Shown: positions 23,236 through 31,345 of the stretch, in pieces
Numbering within the stretch: position 1 is the first letter of the stretch
Layout: every line of letters starts with the position of its first letter
Source of the DNA: Candidatus Nanoarchaeia archaeon
GTDB taxonomy: Archaea; Nanobdellota; Nanobdellia; Woesearchaeales; JANQNC01
Length of the DNA: 32,000 nucleotides
Direction: 5' to 3'
Assembly: GCA_028279745.1 (NCBI GenBank)
Contig: JANQNC010000001.1
Location: 240,001-272,000 of the forward strand
Notes under the pieces: model-generated
The model's database searches: none
The model's input: the letters and a program-made list of their open reading frames with translations, nothing else
Told to the model about the DNA's origin: nothing
Position numbers and translations under genes: made by a program

Positions 23236-23416
23236 ATATTAATTTGAGAGGTTTTTATTTAAAAACATTTCGTAAAAATAGGTTTTTTAGAGAGAAACGT
23301 AAAAAAAGTCACGATAAAAAGAGTGACACTAATAAGCAATAAAAGAAGAAGCATACAAAAAGGCAAAAGAAGAAAAGATTGCAAAGAGAGGTGCTCGTAA
23401 ACTCGCACTTTTTGCA

Positions 23417-23965
23417 TTATTTGCTTACAAACTTGCTGTCTTTAATGAAGAATCTCCACTGTAAATCTTTACCTTGACTTATACCAATCCTTCCAGAAGT
23501 TTTTATCTCTTTATCTTTGATTTTTTTGTAATGATACACTTTTATTTTCTCGTTAACGTCTGTTGAGTTTTGTAGCTTAGTTATTTTCAGTGCATTACAC
23601 AACTTACCGGGGCCAGACATCAAGTTATGAAGGTTGTCTGTTTTTCTTCTACGTTTCATTTTGTTAACTCCATCTAAAGGCTCTAACGCTCTGATCAAAA
23701 CAGCACCAACCTCGCCTTTATTTGTCGTAAAATTAAGACAGTAATACATACCATAAATGATGTAGACATAAACCTTTCCGTAAGAAGAAAGCATTATTTC
23801 AGATCTTGGAGTTATTTTATAACCGTGCGAAGCAGGATCTGACTTGTAAGCTTCAGTCTCAACAATTATGCCTGAAGTGCCGTTAAACTCTACAACTTTT
23901 CCTAAAAGTTCTTTTGCAACAACTAAAGCATCTCTTGCAAAAAAAGAGTTAGATACAGGTTTCAT
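23417..23965 (-). CDS. mpg: DNA-3-methyladenine glycosylase, AAG/MPG family
   Basis: FFARDALVVAKELLGK...GIIVETEAYKSDPASHGY...TPRSEIM...GKVYVYIIYGMYYCLNF...AVLIRALEPL...SGPGKLCNAL follows the AAG/MPG family signature order. Confidence 0.85.
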   Translation of the reverse strand: MKPVSNSFFARDALVVAKELLGKVVEFNGTSGIIVETEAYKSDPASHGYKITPRSEIMLSSYGKVYVYIIYGMYYCLNFTTNKGEVGAVLIRALEPLDGVNKMKRRRKTDNLHNLMSGPGKLCNALKITKLQNSTDVNEKIKVYHYKKIKDKEIKTSGRIGISQGKDLQWRFFIKDSKFVSK

Positions 23966-25917
23966 CTTTCAATAACTTTGCCGTTAGAAGCGTTAATCTT
24001 CAGATGTCTTTTTCCTTTTTTAGAAGAGAGAACAACATCATAAACGGGCAGATAGATTAGTTCGTGTTCAACAATTTCAGAAGCACCAAACCAGTTATTG
24101 ACAGACTTTCCTAATTTTTCAACCTCAACCTTTGGCTTCATTGTTTTAGCATCAACATGTTCAGAAGATGTCTTGATGGGGAAAGTTAACTTGTTAAGTG
24201 TAGGGATAGATAAAGCTGTAAATACACTCCACAACTGACTCTTTCCAGCTTTGCCATCTTTAGTAACTAACCTTTTCTTTGAAAGACCATTTAATGCAGC
24301 ACTAACAGATTGAGTGTTTAAGTTTGTCTTAGCAGCAAGATCGTGAGAACTTAAAGGTTTAGACCCAAATGACTTAAGAACTGAAACTTCATTAGATGAA
24401 AGATTAAGTATCTGGTTAAAATGTTCACACTCTTTATAGTCTGATCTCAAAGGGTTGCCGCTTACAGCATTGAACAAGATTGTATGTTCATTAACCTTCT
24501 TTCCAAGAAGACCTTTCTTTAATGACTTAACCTTTGCTTTGTATAAAGGCTCAAAAGTCAACTGCATAGACTCGATATTCTCCTTATGAGGCCCTAACAA
24601 GATAAACAACTTCTTTTTCTTCTTATCCACAAGATCATAAGCTTGAGGCTCCCTTAAAGATATGGGAATATGCGACACACCTTCAGAAGTTTTTGTTTCA
24701 ACCGATTTAGTCTTTGTCTTTTTTGCCTGATATGTCGAGAATTTATCTCTCAACTCTTTTGATGTGACTTTCTTTACAGAGTCATCATTCAAAGTCTTAT
24801 GAGGCGACAGTAATTCTCTAACTTTTAACTCAATCACCTGATCGAAGTTATCAGGGCTGAAAAGCATAAACTCCCCTGGTTTAAGCTGAGGAAGACTAGA
24901 ACTTATCTGAGATATTTTAGAACCTGCAACAGACTTCAAAGCATTGACAATCTTAGAGATGTCTTGTCTCGTTGTTAATCTGCCTATAGCCCAAGATGAA
25001 AATTGAGCGAAAGCTTTGTAATCTATGTCGCCAGGGTTTTGCGTTGAGGCAATACAACCAACACCATACTTTCTAGCTTGCTTGTACAATAATTTCAAAA
25101 TAGGTTTTGATAAAGGTTTAATTGAGCCTGCAGGCAGGTAAGATGCGATTTCATCAATATAGTATAAAACTTGCAGAGTATCTTTTGGGTTACATAACAT
25201 CCACTGATACAATTCTGTCGTTAACATGGATAAGAAAAATTGCTTTTCTTTCTCATCATGCAAAGTATTCAGATAGATTATGCTGATCTGACCTTTTTTC
25301 AGGAAGTGCTTCATATCTAAAGGCACACCAAAATTAAAAAGAAGATCTTTTTCACCAACTGAGAGATAGCTAAGCTTTCTTATCATAGACTTAACTTCTT
25401 TATCTGAAGAAAAAAGATCTTTAACTTTATCCTCAAGATGATCAGGAAGGTCCTTAAGATGATTTATCAAATCTTCAAAATTATTAATTACACATTTTCC
25501 CTTACAAGCATTCATAAAAATAAAATAGATTAAACTTCTTGCAGCATTGCCTTTATCATCATCCTTATAGCCTAAAAGGTTAGCGATAGAGTTTGCAGTT
25601 TGATGAACAACATTAATCAATTCTTCATTATCAAGCTCATTTGAAGGCTTTTTGAAAGGATTTATGCTTAACGGGATCCCTTTGCTGGATGCAGGGGTGA
25701 ATACTACAGTCTTAAGCTCTGGGTTCATTGCAAAAGAAGCTAAGTCACCCTGAGAATCAACCAAGATACAAGGCAAACCTTGTTTAACTGCTTCTTCAAT
25801 AACAACTTTAGAGAACACCGTTTTTCCACTTCCACTGCCCCCAAACACAGCTAAATGCTTCTTTAAAGACTCAATAGGAAAAGTAACTGCTTTGTTATCA
25901 GATTTGCCCACATTCAT
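23962..25917 (-). CDS. HerA/FtsK-superfamily P-loop ATPase (DUF87/DUF853-like) with a C-terminal winged-HTH region
   Basis: N-terminal Walker A HLAVFGGSGSGKT followed by ILVDSQGDL. Walker B-like VLYYIDEIASYLP. GCIASTQNPGDID and IGRLTTRQD resemble the HerA/FtsK sensor regions. C-terminal LSSHDLAAKTNLNTQSVSAALNGLSKKRLV is wHTH-like. ATGA overlap with mpg. Confidence 0.7.
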   Translation of the reverse strand: MNVGKSDNKAVTFPIESLKKHLAVFGGSGSGKTVFSKVVIEEAVKQGLPCILVDSQGDLASFAMNPELKTVVFTPASSKGIPLSINPFKKPSNELDNEELINVVHQTANSIANLLGYKDDDKGNAARSLIYFIFMNACKGKCVINNFEDLINHLKDLPDHLEDKVKDLFSSDKEVKSMIRKLSYLSVGEKDLLFNFGVPLDMKHFLKKGQISIIYLNTLHDEKEKQFFLSMLTTELYQWMLCNPKDTLQVLYYIDEIASYLPAGSIKPLSKPILKLLYKQARKYGVGCIASTQNPGDIDYKAFAQFSSWAIGRLTTRQDISKIVNALKSVAGSKISQISSSLPQLKPGEFMLFSPDNFDQVIELKVRELLSPHKTLNDDSVKKVTSKELRDKFSTYQAKKTKTKSVETKTSEGVSHIPISLREPQAYDLVDKKKKKLFILLGPHKENIESMQLTFEPLYKAKVKSLKKGLLGKKVNEHTILFNAVSGNPLRSDYKECEHFNQILNLSSNEVSVLKSFGSKPLSSHDLAAKTNLNTQSVSAALNGLSKKRLVTKDGKAGKSQLWSVFTALSIPTLNKLTFPIKTSSEHVDAKTMKPKVEVEKLGKSVNNWFGASEIVEHELIYLPVYDVVLSSKKGKRHLKINASNGKVIER

Positions 25918-26001
25918 CGTTAATCTGCTCTAGGTTAAAGAGTATAAAAAGGTTGTTAAATTGATATTATGATGAATTCCTTTCTATATAGAAAATAAAT
26001 A

Positions 26002-26013
26002 GAGTTTATAAGT
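26002..26013 (+). promoter_or_regulatory. TATA box for the triple-HTH gene (leaderless spacing to ATG 26035)
   Basis: GAGTTTATAAGT centred about 27 nt upstream of ATG 26035. The track start at 26017 is a TTG inside this spacing. Confidence 0.4.
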
Positions 26014-26034
26014 TATTTGCTATTTCTTCAAAGC

Positions 26035-26724
26035 ATGGGGAGTGAGTATAACGTAAATCAAGCAGCAGCAGTGCTAGATACAAATCCAAGGACAGTAAGA
26101 AGACATATCGAAAGGAAATGGATCAAGGCAAGGTTAGTTGACAAAAGTTACAAGATCAAGGAAGAAGCTGTTGCAAGATTCAAAAGTAAAATGGCAGCAA
26201 GATCCCTATTAGGAAACGCGATAGAAGAGATCTATGTATTAAGAAGACATAACACCCATTACAGCAAGTTCTCAGATGTTACAATGGAGTGCCCTTCAAC
26301 GATAGACTTAGCAGTAGAAAGGTACGAAGAAGAAAGAATGTTGCATTTTCAGGCATTAGGGATTACAAGAGCAAAACCTTATTTGTTAGGAAAAGAAGTT
26401 GCAGCAAGGCTGAAGATTGCAGATTATCACGTAATAAACAGGATGATCAACGAAGGATACATAAAAGCAAGACAGATACAGACAGGAACACAATTCAAGA
26501 ATGTAATACAAGACAAATCATTCAGAGAATATCTAGGAAAAGATCTGAATAATCCTTTCTATAATTCTAAATATATCGCAAACCTATTGGGCGTTACAGT
26601 ATACAAGATAGATAGGACTGCCAAAAATAATGGACTAGGAAGAAAAATAGTTCAGACTGACAACAGCCATTACCTGTTCATCTATGAAGACCTCTTAACA
26701 TTCACACAAATACTGAAAAAGTAA
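26035..26724 (+). CDS. DNA-binding protein with three excisionase/MerR-type (HTH_17-like) helix-turn-helix repeats
   Basis: Repeat 1: YNVNQAAAVLDTNPRTVRRHIERKWIKARLV. Repeat 2: YLLGKEVAARLKIADYHVINRMINEGYIKARQI. Repeat 3: FYNSKYIANLLGVTVYKIDRTAKNNGLGRKIV. Confidence 0.6.
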   Translation: MGSEYNVNQAAAVLDTNPRTVRRHIERKWIKARLVDKSYKIKEEAVARFKSKMAARSLLGNAIEEIYVLRRHNTHYSKFSDVTMECPSTIDLAVERYEEERMLHFQALGITRAKPYLLGKEVAARLKIADYHVINRMINEGYIKARQIQTGTQFKNVIQDKSFREYLGKDLNNPFYNSKYIANLLGVTVYKIDRTAKNNGLGRKIVQTDNSHYLFIYEDLLTFTQILKK

Positions 26725-26732
26725 TCTGAACA

Positions 26733-27665
26733 ATGAGTTCCAAAGAAAAAATCGAAAAGATAGAATTCAAACCAAAATTCGTAGAAAGATATTCTCAGCT
26801 GACAGACTTTGAAAAGTTTAAAAAAATATCCCTAACTTACTTGCGGAGAAGCATAAGAGTGAACACGATAAAAAGCTCTGTTGCTGAGATAAAAAAGGGA
26901 TTATCTTCAGATTGGACCCTTACCCAAATACCTTGGTGTAAAGAAGGATTTTGGATTGAGGGAAAAAGAAGAGATGTTGGAAATCTAAATGAACACGCTT
27001 TAGGACATATATACATCCAAGAAGCGGCAAGCATGATCCCTCCAATCATTCTAGACCCAAAACCAGGTGAAACTGTGTTAGATATGTGTGCCAGTCCTGG
27101 AAGCAAATCAACACAGATAGCAGCACTAATGAAAAATCAAGGAGTTCTAGTTGCAAACGACTTTACAGGGACAAGAACTAAGCCATTAGAAGTGAATATG
27201 CAAAGATGTGGGATATCAAATGAAATAATCACAAAAATGCACGGACAAAGATTCAAAAATATAGAATTTGACAAAATCTTAGTAGATGCGCCTTGTTCAG
27301 GAACAGGAACAATAAGAAAATCATTCAAAACACTAAAAATATGGAATCCAGGAATGATAAAAAGATTAGCACATACACAAAAAACACTATTGCAGACCGC
27401 ATTTGATACACTAAAAAAAGGCGGGGTGTTGGTGTATAGCACATGCTCATTAGAACCTGAAGAAGACGAAGGTGTTGTATCTCATTTACTAGAGAATAAT
27501 TCTGATGCTGATTTGGTTCCGATAAAGCTAGATATTGTAAGGAGTGAACCTGTTAATGAGTTTGAAGATGTTAAGTTTGATGCTCGGGTGAAAAACTGCC
27601 TAAGAATATGGCCGCAAGACAACGATACTGAAGGATTCTTTGTGGCAAAAATTGTGAAGAAGTGA
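26733..27665 (+). CDS. NOL1/NOP2/Sun-family RNA (cytosine-C5) methyltransferase
   Basis: VLDMCASPGSKSTQIA (SAM motif), ILVDAPCSGTGTIRK (motif IV Cys) and LVYSTCSLEPEEDE (motif VI TC). Confidence 0.9.
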   Translation: MSSKEKIEKIEFKPKFVERYSQLTDFEKFKKISLTYLRRSIRVNTIKSSVAEIKKGLSSDWTLTQIPWCKEGFWIEGKRRDVGNLNEHALGHIYIQEAASMIPPIILDPKPGETVLDMCASPGSKSTQIAALMKNQGVLVANDFTGTRTKPLEVNMQRCGISNEIITKMHGQRFKNIEFDKILVDAPCSGTGTIRKSFKTLKIWNPGMIKRLAHTQKTLLQTAFDTLKKGGVLVYSTCSLEPEEDEGVVSHLLENNSDADLVPIKLDIVRSEPVNEFEDVKFDARVKNCLRIWPQDNDTEGFFVAKIVKK

Positions 27666-27668
27666 AAG

Positions 27669-29834
27669 ATGAAGAAAAGTATGTTGAGAGAAGCAGTTAA
27701 GAGTTTAGTTTTAAACACCATGATAACTTTTGGAAAGAAAAAAAACAACTCTTTTGTTGTTGTATATCATGACATAAGCCCCACTTCACAGATAAAACCT
27801 GTTGATTTTGAAAAACAGATCAAGTTTTGGTTGAAAAATGGATTCGAGTTTGTCTCAGAGGTTGAAGAATTAAAAAATCCTAAAAGAATCATCTTAACTT
27901 TTGACGATGCTTATGCAAGCTTTGAAGAATGTGTTTTTCCTTTGTTGAAAAAATACAAGTTACCTGCAGTACTGTTTATTCCTACGGACTATCTAGGTAA
28001 AAAGTTTAATGATGGAATATCAAAAAAAGAATATCAAGATAAAAAGATAATCTCGACTGCTTCTCTAAAAAGAATGCACAAATCTAAATTAGTGACACTG
28101 GGCTGTCATACGCACAGACACCTAACTCTTCCTGACAAGAATGAAAATTTTGTTAAAAACGAGATTGAAAAATCCACACAGACAATAAGATCAATTACAA
28201 AAAAGAGTTGCAATCACTTCTGTTACCCTTTGGGAAAAATCAATGCCGCAACTAAAAGCATAGTAAAACGGGCAGGTTTTAGTTATGCATTTGGGTTAGA
28301 ACCCAAATCATTTGGCAACCAAACTGACCGGTTAAAAATACCAAGACTGGATGGCAACCAATTTTTGAGTAATGACCAGTTAAAGCTCTCTATGAACACA
28401 ACACTAAATTTATACTTCTTCCTAGTTGAACTGCTTCAAATTAAGAAAGTGGAGCCTGTAAAGCTATTAGTTAATCACTTTATAAACCCCCTGTTTTGGG
28501 AAAAGATAAAACGAACACAAAGATTCGATATGTTAAAATACCTAAAAAAAAGACAGTGGGACAGCATGGAACAAAACAAGAAAGAGCAAGCAGAAAAACT
28601 TTACAACCTGATAAAACACACACACAACAATGTTCCTTATTATCAAAAGATAATCCAAGAGAATAAAATAAAATATTCAAAAAAGACCATCTTTGAAGAC
28701 ATAAAAAAAATACCTGTCTTAACTCAAGACAACATTAAAAAAAACTTTGAGACTCTGAAGAGTAAAGATAAAAACTACAAGAAAAGAAATCCTTTTATAG
28801 CATACTCAGGAGGTTCTACGGGCCGGCCTAAAAAATTTGTTATGGACAAAATAGTGGGTATGCAGTGCAGTGCAGGAATGGATCTGTTTCAAAATTGGGC
28901 AGGGAGGGATGAAGGAGATTATGCAATAAAACTGTGGGGAGATGCCTCATTAGTCAAGAAATTTAGAGAAAGACTAAGAAACCTCATACTAAGATATATG
29001 ACCAACACAGAATTAGTCACAGCATTTGACATGACCCCAAAAAATATGCTTAACTACGTAAAAAAAATAAACAAGAAAAGACCAAAAATAATAATCGCTT
29101 ATGTGGAAAATATATATGAACTCGCAAAATTCATAAGAAAGAAAAATCTGAAAGTACACTCTCCAAAAGGAATTATAACTGGATCAGGAACTTTATTCCC
29201 TCACATGAAACAAGAGATCGAGGATGTTTTTTGCTGTAATGTTTTTAATCAATACGGCTCAAGAGAAGCTTCAGCAATTGGCTGCAGCTGCGAGAAACAA
29301 AAAGAGATACACATAAACACCTTTAACTATTACCTTGAAATTCTTGATAATAACTTTCAGCAGGTGAAACCTGGAGAAACAGGCAAAATCCATATTACAA
29401 CATTGGACAATTATTCCATGCCCCTAATAAGATACGACATAGGTGATTTTGGAACCGAAGCAAAATACAAACAATGCCGCTGCGGGAGAGGGTGGCCTCT
29501 GATAACAAACATTGAAGGGAGAGAGATGAGTATGTTTAAGACTAAAAAAGGAAAAGTAATTCCTGCCCTATTCTTCATACACCATCTGGGGGTTTTACTT
29601 AACAAAGAGTTCATAACCAAATACCAAATAATACAGAATGACTATGATAACATAACAATCAAGCTTGTGTTGACAAACCAGCAGAAGTTTGAAGAAAGTA
29701 AAGAAGAACTAAGAAGCATCGTGAAAAAAGTTATGGGGAAAAAATGCAAAGTACATTTTGAGCTGGTTAACGATATAAAATCCTTAAAAAATGGAAAGTA
29801 TCTTTATACAATAAGCAAGGTCAAAGAGGAATAA
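27669..29834 (+). CDS. fusion protein: NodB-type polysaccharide deacetylase (N) + CapK/PaaK-like adenylate-forming ligase (C)
   Basis: N-terminal IILTFDDAYASF...LPAVLFIP...LGCHTHRH (NodB motifs). C-terminal AYSGGSTGRPKKF (the P-loop-like SGGSTG.P of PaaK/F390-synthetase/CapK enzymes), then YGSREA and RYDIGD. Confidence 0.7.
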   Translation: MKKSMLREAVKSLVLNTMITFGKKKNNSFVVVYHDISPTSQIKPVDFEKQIKFWLKNGFEFVSEVEELKNPKRIILTFDDAYASFEECVFPLLKKYKLPAVLFIPTDYLGKKFNDGISKKEYQDKKIISTASLKRMHKSKLVTLGCHTHRHLTLPDKNENFVKNEIEKSTQTIRSITKKSCNHFCYPLGKINAATKSIVKRAGFSYAFGLEPKSFGNQTDRLKIPRLDGNQFLSNDQLKLSMNTTLNLYFFLVELLQIKKVEPVKLLVNHFINPLFWEKIKRTQRFDMLKYLKKRQWDSMEQNKKEQAEKLYNLIKHTHNNVPYYQKIIQENKIKYSKKTIFEDIKKIPVLTQDNIKKNFETLKSKDKNYKKRNPFIAYSGGSTGRPKKFVMDKIVGMQCSAGMDLFQNWAGRDEGDYAIKLWGDASLVKKFRERLRNLILRYMTNTELVTAFDMTPKNMLNYVKKINKKRPKIIIAYVENIYELAKFIRKKNLKVHSPKGIITGSGTLFPHMKQEIEDVFCCNVFNQYGSREASAIGCSCEKQKEIHINTFNYYLEILDNNFQQVKPGETGKIHITTLDNYSMPLIRYDIGDFGTEAKYKQCRCGRGWPLITNIEGREMSMFKTKKGKVIPALFFIHHLGVLLNKEFITKYQIIQNDYDNITIKLVLTNQQKFEESKEELRSIVKKVMGKKCKVHFELVNDIKSLKNGKYLYTISKVKEE

Positions 29835-29836
29835 AC

Positions 29837-31345
29837 ATGTTTAAAGATCTGATAAAAGTAGGAAAACACAGCGCAATTTATGGACTTGGAAAGATTCTTC
29901 AAAGGCTGATAGGTTTCTTGCTCATTCCAATATACACAAGATATCTGACACCCACAGACTATGGGGTTGTTGCAGTGCTATTATTGACCATGATTGTAGT
30001 TGAAAGTATCTGGACTGATGCAGTAAATAATGTAATGTCGAGATTCTACTTCAATTATAAAAGCCAAAAAGATAGAAATGAGGTTGTGAGCACCAACCAA
30101 GTTATGCAAATAGTTTTTATTTTAACCATCTCAACTTTAGGGTTCTGGTTTAGCAGAGATATTTGTTTATTATTATTTGGCACCGCAAAGTACGTTCTCC
30201 TCCTAAGATTGATGGTTGGAACTTTCTTTTTTAGCTCGGTAACCGCAATCCCTATGACCTTACTAAGACTTAAAGAAAGATCACTGCACTCATCAATAGT
30301 AAACTTGGCAAAACTTTTGCTTGCCGTGTTCCTGAACATACTGTTTATAGTAATCTTAGATATGGGTCTTTTCGGGTTATTCCTTAGCGGCACTATTAAT
30401 GCGTTTATCTTTTTTTTGATTTTAACACCAAAAATGATTTTTGAGACTGGTTTGAGATTTTCTTTAGAAAAAACAAAACCCATGGTAAAATACATGCTGC
30501 CCTTAATCCCTGCAGGCGGCCTTAGCTTATTGCTACTAAAATCAGATATTTTTCTTCTTCAAAAGTTATCAACAACCGCAAATGCAGGATTATATAACCT
30601 TGCAGAAATGTTTGGGCAAGCGACGCATGTTTTAATACTGGCTCCTTTTGGTTTTATATGGTTCCCTTTTGTCTTTTCAAATTTTAAAAGACCAAAAATA
30701 AGGGAAACACTCTCAAGAATACAAACATACGTCTTGTTCCTCTTGATTTTGGCAGGCTTAGCAGTTTCTATGCTAATCCGTCCTGTCCTAGCAGTTATGG
30801 TTGGACCAGGATTTTTTGAACTATACAAAGCGGTTCCAGTCATAATTCTAGCATTTTTCTTCTTTGGATTATATCAAGCCTTCTTTAACATAGGCTTTTT
30901 GATAAGAAAAAAGACAAAGTACCAGCTTCTAGTCCAAGGTATATCGGCAATAATAATAATCGCTTTGAACCTTCTTTTAATCCCCACGTTTGGATTTATG
31001 GGCGCAGCAATATCAAAACTAATCGCCTTCTCCTTACTTGCGCTGATCGCTTACGCAATCTCATTCAAGCTTTACAACATACCCATTGAAAAAAGAGTTG
31101 TAGGTATGTTTTTTTTGGCAATACTGTTCTACTTCATCAGTAAAGCCATACCTATAAAATCTGCGATAACCCATCTATTGTTGGATGCAATCTTGTTAAT
31201 CCTATTTATTATTACACTATACCTATTCAAATTCTTCAGAGATGACGAGCTCAATAAGATAAAACAGATATTGTATAAGTTTAAGAAAGTAGGGACCAAA
31301 AACATAATAAGAACTTATTTTATGAATCCTCCCCCCACAAGTTAG
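29837..31345 (+). CDS. MOP/Wzx-type polysaccharide flippase
   Basis: 502 aa with about 12-14 TM helices. N-terminal SAIYGLGKILQRLIGFLLIPIYTRYLTPTDYGVVA is typical of Polysacc_synt family proteins. Confidence 0.8.
   Translation: MFKDLIKVGKHSAIYGLGKILQRLIGFLLIPIYTRYLTPTDYGVVAVLLLTMIVVESIWTDAVNNVMSRFYFNYKSQKDRNEVVSTNQVMQIVFILTISTLGFWFSRDICLLLFGTAKYVLLLRLMVGTFFFSSVTAIPMTLLRLKERSLHSSIVNLAKLLLAVFLNILFIVILDMGLFGLFLSGTINAFIFFLILTPKMIFETGLRFSLEKTKPMVKYMLPLIPAGGLSLLLLKSDIFLLQKLSTTANAGLYNLAEMFGQATHVLILAPFGFIWFPFVFSNFKRPKIRETLSRIQTYVLFLLILAGLAVSMLIRPVLAVMVGPGFFELYKAVPVIILAFFFFGLYQAFFNIGFLIRKKTKYQLLVQGISAIIIIALNLLLIPTFGFMGAAISKLIAFSLLALIAYAISFKLYNIPIEKRVVGMFFLAILFYFISKAIPIKSAITHLLLDAILLILFIITLYLFKFFRDDELNKIKQILYKFKKVGTKNIIRTYFMNPPPTS

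Noticed and set aside
23336-23464. Start-less plus-strand reading frame ...KEEAYKKAKEEKIAKRGARKLALFALFAYKLAVFNEESPL* that looks like the tail of a tail-anchored protein
   Set aside because: There is no ATG, GTG or TTG after the upstream TAA TAA stops, and the 3-prime part overlaps the mpg gene on the other strand. At best a gene remnant; not supportable.
26289-26552. 87-aa alternative-frame ORF inside the triple-HTH gene
   Set aside because: It is R/K/S-rich and low-complexity, lies in the same strand's alternative frame, and has no independent start signal. The main frame has clear repeated HTH motifs.
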